A DNA stretch of 64,000 nt from Camelus ferus. Its lineage: Eukaryota. The notes below the pieces were generated by a model. It was not told the DNA's origin. It was given only the letters and a program-made list of their open reading frames with translations, and did not search any database. Below are positions 54,861 to 64,000 of the stretch, piece after piece (within the stretch, counting starts at the first letter, position 1; every line of letters starts with the position of its first letter). The translations under genes and the position numbers were made by a program. The stretch lies in the NCBI RefSeq assembly GCF_009834535.1, contig NC_045697.1, forward strand, positions 34,846,001 through 34,910,000, written 5' to 3'.

Positions 54861-55567
54861 CTTTGAATTTTGGAATAGGGTGGAAGAAAAAAATATTTTT
54901 AAGTATCAAAATTTTCTGTATATAATTGCATTTGATATCTTGGCTTTACTTTTGTACTATTTTTATAATTTTATATGCATAGTGCAAAATTTTTTCCTTT
55001 TTTTGGCAAACATATTCTCCTTGGCCCAGAAAACTGGGGAGAAAAGGCTTTTTTTTTTTTTTTTTTCTTAAAAAGAGAGTTCTCGTATGTTTGACCTTAA
55101 CCTGGCCTAAATAGTCAATATTGCTTTATTTTTTTTCAAAAATCCAAACTTTGGAAAGGCTATTTTTAAAGCTTATTATTTCATAGTTTTTTTTTTGTTG
55201 TTGTTGTTAGCAATATGTATTTGTTATAAAAAATGAGAAAACATAAATATGCTTTTATATTTATTTTATTTTTAAAGGCTATTCAAGGTTGACACAAGTG
55301 GAGTAAACTTTCCAACAAGACACAAGTAACTTAATTTAGTGGCTAATAATTTATTGAGGAGATATTCTTCCTATGGTGTTATTTTTGTCTGGTGTGGCTG
55401 CTGTTTTATTTGCATAACAAAATTTAAGATAATGGAAATATTTGGGATTATTGTGATATATTTTCCCCCACTACTATAGAAATGTTTCTGTATTTAAATT
55501 GAGACAGATAATGATTTAATGAACTTTCTAATAGGAAAAATTTTTGAAATGTTAGGAAAAATTTTGA

Positions 55568-55807
<240 letters not shown>

Positions 55808-55819
55808 TAAGAAATGCTT

Positions 55820-56408
55820 GTTTGGTACATGCACTCCAGTTTTCATAGCAACACTATACACAATAGCCAAGACATGGAAGCAACCTAATGTCCCCCAACA
55901 GATGACTGGATAAAGAAATTCTGGTATGTTTATATAATGGAACACTACTCAGCCATAAAAAAGAATAAAATAATGTCATTTGTAGCATCAGTGATGGACC
56001 TAGAGATCATCATTCTAAGTGAAGTAAGCCAGAAAGAGAAAGAAAAATAACCATATGATATCACTTATATGTGGAATCTAAAAAAAGAAAAAAGAAGTCT
56101 AATGAACTCATCTACAAAACAGAAACAGACTCGGAGACATATTAAACAATCTTATGGTTACTGGGGGAAATGGGGTTAGAAGGAATAAATTTGGGAGTTT
56201 GAGATTTGCAAATGTTAGCCACTATATATAAAAATAGATTTTAAAAAATTTCTTCTGTATAGCGCAGGAAACTATATTAAATGTCTTGTAAGAACCTTTA
56301 ATGACAAAATATGAAAAAGAATATATGTATGTATATGCATGACTGAGACGTTGTACTGTACACCAGAAATTGATACATTATAACTGACTATAATTCAAAA
56401 AAATAAAT
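55820..56408 (+). mobile_element. 5'-truncated L1 3' end with poly(A), sense orientation in intron 3
   Basis: catagcaacactatacacaatagccaagacatggaagcaacc; gatggacctagagatcatcattctaagtgaagtaagccaga; A-rich tail; 8-bp TSD aaatgctt at 55812-55819 and 56409-56416. Confidence 0.9.
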
Positions 56409-57322
56409 AAATGCTTTTTAATTTACTGCCCTGCCTCAGAAAATAACTTACTCATCAGTAGTTTAAGTCTAATTTTGAAACCTCTAACTAGTTAGAGAAA
56501 GTATCATTGAGGAACTACTTAGCAAGCAGCAAGTAGTATTGTATTAGGCACCAGGGTTACAGATAAGCCAGGTTACATCTGTAAAGTTTTCTTCAGCATG
56601 TATGTGAAAGTTTTTAAATCTGGCTTGATTAAATAGGGTCACTAGCTTAATTCTCTTAACCAATGAATGCTTATTGAGTAGCTTGCTTGGGTTATAAAAA
56701 CTATAGGGCCAAAACTTTTTAAATAGAAATTTTAATAAGCTTTGATATTGCACTTAAATGATAGTATATGGCTGTGTATGAATGTGCCAAGAGAGTGTTT
56801 CGAGCCCTGAATAATACAGGAGGGATAGAGTGCTCTAAATTGGGAGAATAATGTTTCAACATTTCACAGGTGTAGTTCTGTAACTAAGGTTATTACTCTG
56901 TAGTTTACTGTTCTTGAGAACTCACCCATTCAGTTATTCTTATTGCTGCTATTGTTATGATTAATTATTATAGCTTCCTTAAAAATTGTTAACTACATCA
57001 AACTTTTGACCTGTGTACTCCCTAGTCTAATCACTTTATTGATCCTGCTGTTAGCTCTCTGAAATATTTCACCTGTACAGTCATACTAAAAAGTTTGATC
57101 TGCCATAGTTGTTTAATATAAAGAATTTTAATCAGGCACTATTTTAGACTGACCTTGTAGTACTTATCCTATCATGTGCACTATCCTTTTCTTGATAATA
57201 TAAATACTAACTGTTTTGTATTCTTCTTGCTCTTCTTATGTGCCTTTCATGTTGGAGCTGACTCTTATGGTGAAGAATTTTAGAAAAACAAGAGTTTCAA
57301 ATCTGTATTAGAAATATTAGTA

Positions 57323-57470
57323 GGGGAGGATATAGCGCAAGTGGTACAGTACATGCTTAGCACGCATAGGGTCCTGGGTTCAATCCCCAGTACCTTCTCT
57401 AAAAATAAATAAATAAACCTAATTACTTCCTCTCACCAAAAATGAACGAATGAATGAATGAATAAATAAA
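57323..57470 (+). mobile_element. tRNA-derived SINE (Vic-1-like)
   Basis: ggggaggatatagcgcaagtggta...gtcctgggttcaatccccagtacc, then aataaataaacctaattac and a (GAAT)n/(AAAT)n tail. Confidence 0.87.
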
Positions 57471-58271
57471 TACTCAGGACAGCATTTGAATTTTCTTAAT
57501 TCTTCACTAGAATGTGATCTAATCTAATGAAAACATTTCCTTAGAAACAAGTTAAACTCTTTTGGATATGTATATCCTCTGACCTGTCTTCTATTTCCTT
57601 TTGGTTTAGAGTGATAAAATGCATTTTTTTATCCAGTCATTTTCTTTATCCCATCTTTGTCCTTCACTACTAACCTTCAGAGAACTACTTGGTTTCCCAT
57701 TACCAATTTGGCAAAGGAATTTTGTAAACATGACATAATGTAGGAGAAGTAAGCTTAGTGTCCTTCTTTTGGTTTGTTTCTAAATCTCTAAGGAATCCTG
57801 GTTTTCCTCAAATTATAGTTTTCTTGTTTAGGTAAAGTAGATGCTTTTATTCAAGGGAAAAGATGATGGTGTTTCCTAATGAGTGAATTTGGGAGGAAAA
57901 AGCACATCATAAATTCATCTGTTTATAGAGCATTTTCATTGGCTACTTTTTAAAAAGTTGAAATCCTCTAGCATGTATTATTGAACATTAACTACTTGGC
58001 CAGGTACTGTGTTGAAAACTTAATTGTTTTGTAAGGATATAGATAAGTTATAGCTATATGAAAATGTTTGTGTTTGTCATTGTATATAAAGGTGTCTCTA
58101 TAGCCCTCTTTATTCTTAATCAGGTCAGTTTTTAATTTCAATATTTGGAAATTTTATAAACAGAAAAGGCAATAACAATGAACTGAATCCAAAGACATAA
58201 TATCAAGTTAATTGCAGCAGATGTTTATTCAATTTTTGTTTCACCAAAGTTTGAATCTTTTCTTTTTTTAA

Positions 58272-58478
<207 letters not shown>

Positions 58479-61170
58479 TAATTTTTTGTGGTTATTAAAT
58501 ATGCCTTACAGTGTTGTGGATCAGTAAGGTAGTAAGAGTAGAAATGTTCAAGTTTCAGAGGCTTATTCAACATATAGATGGTTTGTTCATTAACTTATTT
58601 TCAGAGTCCGTTTTATGTAGAGTAGTTTGCTGTGTGAGGAGCAAAGAAAAGCAGGCTGTGCTCTGCTTCTGTGACTGGTAATCATACCTTGCATGTTATT
58701 CTGCACTGTAACTCACTAGTGTAGTTATTACTCTATTGCTCTGTGTTCTCTTAGTGTAGACCAGGATTTCTCAGCTGTTCTTTCATTATTACCCCTCTAA
58801 GGAGCCTATTTGGACACATTTTGTTTTCTTTTTACCCACCCCCACTCCCATTAAATGTTAATACTGCAGGTATACAATATATCTCTCTGTGTACTATAAA
58901 GGCCACAAACTACTATGATACCTAAGATTTTTCTACACCCTCAAAACTAATTTTTTATCCTTGGAGGCAAATATCATCTTTTTTAGAATGTATGGTGTAG
59001 TCTATAAAAAAGACCTTTATGAAAAAATCAGAATTGTGATATTAAATTACATGAAGTGTGTGATGTTGCTTTGCAGAGAGATCCCTGCAACTTTTTAGGT
59101 CACAGATGCCTTTGAGAATGTGATAAAAAAGGTTGTCCCCTGTCATTCCCAAAATATGCATATGTATAAAATTTTTCATACTATTTCAAGAACTCATCAA
59201 TGCCTTGGCTCTCATCTGAATGTAAGATGATGGTGATAGTATTATTCTTGCCTGTACATTTTATTGTAAGATGCCATTGGCTTAACTGTGAGGGAAACAG
59301 ACTCTCTAAAGTAATCCCTTTAACCTTTACAATGAAAAGATCCTTGAAGCACAGATTTCAGAGTTTTGACAATTACCTGAGGTAATGGAGTCATGCTATA
59401 ATTTAGCTGAAAAACTTCCTGTTTAGGCCCTTTCTTTTATGTAAATCTGTAGTAAGTTTTATCAAGCTGCAACATTTATTAAGAAACTGAAGAATGTTTC
59501 TTACTCTGCTAATTTATTTCCCATTTTCACACAGCTTTCCTTAGAAAGATAGAAGGGGTTGGTGCTTGTTTTATCTGTCTTTAGCCCTAGAAACTAATAA
59601 CATATTACCCTTTCCTTCTATAACTTAATATATATATATATCTCCTCTCTAGGAGTATGGTATTGTCAGCTAGGGAGGGGCTAGTTATTGTCACGGATGT
59701 GAAAATAAAGAATGCTGCCTAACTATAACTCAGAGTAAACTCACTTATTTCTTCTTTGAACCGTGACTTTTTAGACTACAGTATTTTGTTGGAAATTCAA
59801 ACAACTGTAGCTTTCATATTGTATGTTGGTAACAAATAATAGAAATTTTAGCTTTCCTTTAATAATCCTTTCTAAGCCATCCACTGTGCACAAATATTTT
59901 TCTTGGTGAATTAAAAAAAAAGGATGCTAAAAATGTTGTGTGATACCTCCTTAAACACTAGCTTTTTTTTTTAAGAATGATTTTCCTTTTTACAATATTT
60001 ACCCAGTTTTTTGGTAGCAAAAATGTAGAGTAACAGATTTGGGTTGTTGCCTGTTTAAGCCCCCTCTTTTTTTAAGATGAGAAACCACTCACAGTGGTTG
60101 TGACTTCCTAAGATCCCTTCCTTGTTAGTGGAGAGGCTGCATCAGGATCTGGATTTTTCTTCTCTAAAACAGTGCTCTTCTCACTGGTTTATTATCTTTT
60201 GTTAGATGACTGAGTGCCATGTTTTCTGTAACATGACACTAAGTAACTTTGTTGGTTATTGCAGTGGGCCCCAAACCTGACTGAAGATCTAGATGGGCTC
60301 CAGGAATCAGTAGGTTTACAGGTACCCTGGTGTGATTCTCATCTACTACTTTGGGGAACCATACTGATAGGACTTTCTGTGTATAGATACATAACCTTAA
60401 AGTTTGAATACTGCTGTAGAACAGATCTTTTAGACTAAACTGCCAGTAATTAACAGGACTTCCTCAAAATATTATCTAAATTTTATAATTGTTTTCAGTT
60501 GTAACTTTTTCCTTGTTAAATATGTATCAACATTTGTTTTTTAATCTACAAGTTTTTATACTATTTGAAGGGCTCCTCAGGTTGCTTGGGTGTTTCTGGA
60601 GGTATCAAGATAAATAAGGGACTCCTTTGAAAATTCTTACTTGATGGCTTAGAATTTAAACTTGTTTTATGGAAGTCTCTTAGGTTTTGAAGCAACTGAA
60701 ATTATATTTGTGTTCGAATATTAAATTTCTAAGAGTGGGATAGAAGTTTCCTTCATCATCTTCATGAATAAGGTTAATCCAAGGGTTCGGTATTCAGGGA
60801 GTTTATTTACTCACTGATGTATTCTTTGCACTAGTTGGACAGTAATTGTTTTCCTTCAGTATTCCTTTAGTGTTGATATCAAATTTGGATTACTGTTTTT
60901 TGGAGTAGAAATATTTTTAAGTTTATGGTTCTAGTTTTAATAATAGATTTCAGATTCAAGAAGAAATGTTGAAATTGGGTGAAGCTTTATAGAATTTCTT
61001 TCAATTTAAAAATAGCCTTTTTGATGTGGTATTTGTATCCTTATATGTGGGGAGATCTAAGGTGATTAATTGAAAAGAGAGCTTTCCTTTACACTTTATA
61101 CCCTGTTTGAATTTCTCAGTGGTAATCTTTTGCCTTTACACCTTGTTTGAATGTTTACAAATACAACTAA

Positions 61171-61605
<435 letters not shown>

Positions 61606-61914
61606 TGAAAGTAACAGTTTTTTACCAAGGCTTTGTATTTCGGATAAGTAGATCAAGAATTTAGTCAGTTTACTGTTTTATTAATACTGAGTCAGAACAA
61701 AAATAAAGGGAGGAAGTGAATTTAATTTTACTTGATTGCTTTGCTTTGTTATACTCATGAAGTGATCTGTGTACAGATCTTGATTTAAATAATTTATGGT
61801 TGTTCTTAATATTTCTACCCATTTATAGAATCTGTATTGAGTGGTTTATTTTTATAAGATGTGTACTTTCTGTTAACTCTTCTGAAATATGTAGAATACT
61901 TAAATAAAGAATTT

Positions 61915-62068
61915 GAGGGAGAGGGTATAGCTCAGTGGTGTGTGCTTACCATGCATGAGGTCCTGGGTTCAATTCCCAGTACCTCCATTAAATAATAAAT
62001 AAATAAATAAACCTAATCCCCGCCCCCAGAGGTAAATAAGATAAATTGTACAAAAAATAAAATAAATA
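61915..62068 (+). mobile_element. tRNA-derived SINE (Vic-1-like), about 100 nt upstream of exon 6
   Basis: gagggagagggtatagctcagtgg...gtcctgggttcaattcccagtacctcc plus an (AAAT)n tail. Confidence 0.87.
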
Positions 62069-62122
62069 TTCTTTTAAAAATTTAATTTTTGAATGTTAAT
62101 ATTTAATTCTTTCTCCATTTGA

Positions 62123-62356
<234 letters not shown>

Positions 62357-64000
62357 TAATTTTGTGCCAAATAGCTGTATTATTATAGTAAGCATGTAGT
62401 GATTATTAATTGCTATAAGATAATCATAGCTATAATAAAATTGAAAATTTGTCCCTATGAAATACACAATTGTATCAATACTTCTATTTGTATAAAACTG
62501 TGTTCTGTCTAGAATTTTAAAATAAGCAAATTCTAGCTTTTTATATTAAATATATATGCCTTGAAAACCTCATATTCTGCAGTACTGCACATTAAAAATG
62601 ATAGGATTTTGAGGGGAAAAAGTCCTGAAACAGTGCACTTAAGACTCAAGCAGCTTTCTTACTAGAACATTAATAAAAATGATAATGATTTTATAAAAAT
62701 TCTAGCACAGTTAAAACATGTTAAAATACATACTTCAGCAAATGTAGAATTTCATTAAAAAGTTGAAGGTAACTTGATGGAAAGGAAGGGCTGATACTGT
62801 TGAATTAAGGAGACATATGCAACATAAAACAGAGATCAAAGAGAATCATGCAGAAAGAGCTTCTAAGACAAAGTGGCCAGACTGAGCCGAAAAGTGATGT
62901 GGGAATAGATGGGCACTCGGACCTTACTGTACAAAGTGATTAAAAAAGAATTGAATGCTCCCCAAAAAGTATTGCTTATTAACTAGAATAGATAGGAGCA
63001 TGCAGTCAAACCAATTTTAAACAAGTTATCAGGGTTATTTATACAATTTTACAAATGCTTAATATGCATGCCTTCTGTCCCGCAGTTCACATCAGCTTTG
63101 TAGTCTGATTAATTCAGTTCCTTCATAGAATGTTTACTGTCAGTGGTTGAAGTGGTCACTGTGATGTGTTCCTTCATTTCCTGAAAGCTGTGAAGAAGAA
63201 ATGATACAAACATGAGGTTACTGACTGTCTATTCATTTATAACTTACTTATTGAGTAACACAACTTTGAAAGCATTCAATTAAAAAAAAATTCCTTTGCA
63301 CTCTTCCTTGGCTCTGTTGTCTTTAGCTGAATTGTATCCTTTGTGTTAAGCTGCTGTTACTTGGTGGCTCAAAAATGAACAATCCAGGAAAAAATATATT
63401 TGAGCCAAAATGCTTTTTTTGATAATATTGATAAACTTTCCTTATTTACCAATTGCATGTTTTATATTACAGAACTTGTACTGTACCATACATTCATAAT
63501 CCTATTTATTCCTCTGAACAATTCTGTGAAGTAGGTTCAGTTACTAGCACATTTTACAAATTATGAAGTGAAGCTTTCAAAGTTTATATAACTTATCTGT
63601 GATAATACTGTACAGCTTATAAGTAGCAAGTTAGGATTCAAGCACATGTTGATCCTGCTTGAAAGTGGAAATCCACCTAGAGAGATTTGTCACATCAGTG
63701 ATTTAGTTCTAAGGCATAAAAATTATTGGGAAATATTTGTTTTTTCTAAGATAAACTAAAATTTTAGGCACTGTGAAAAATTATTACCCAGAGATTCGTG
63801 TACCTCATTTCTTTAGATGGATATATGCAAAAACATGTTTTTGCACCAAATTAAATTTTAAATTTAGTATTCCAGGTCTTCTGAACTGTGTGTTTAAGAG
63901 CATCATTATGATACTAATATGGTGCTCATAAATGGTATAGAGAATAGGGATTCACAAAACTTTAAAAGTAAAGTAAAAATACAGTTTGAACTCTTACGTT

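Overview
Mammalian genomic DNA, not prokaryotic: no operons, CRISPR arrays or rRNA are present. About 25.5 kb of repeat-rich intergenic sequence is followed by a CpG-island promoter and the first six coding exons of SLAIN2 on the + strand, a microtubule plus-end tracking protein. The exons are 26315-26703, 50606-50754, 55617-55781, 58273-58434, 61202-61561 and 62166-62303. They total 1363 nt, all introns are GT-AG, the frame is conserved, and the gene continues past the window end. Nine copies of a short tRNA-derived SINE resembling camelid Vic-1 suggest a camel, alpaca or llama genome (inference). The rest is L1, L2, MIR, solo ERV LTRs and hAT-type DNA transposon remnants; repeat subfamily names are from memory and boundaries without TSDs are approximate. 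I found no evidence of a new biological system. The most interesting observations are: a SINE+L1 composite inside one target-site duplication; an exon 3/4 junction that rebuilds a 5' splice site (candidate recursive-splicing exon); a sense-strand L1 3' end 38 nt after the exon 3 donor; three uORFs in the leader; and a back-to-back pair of related solo LTRs.
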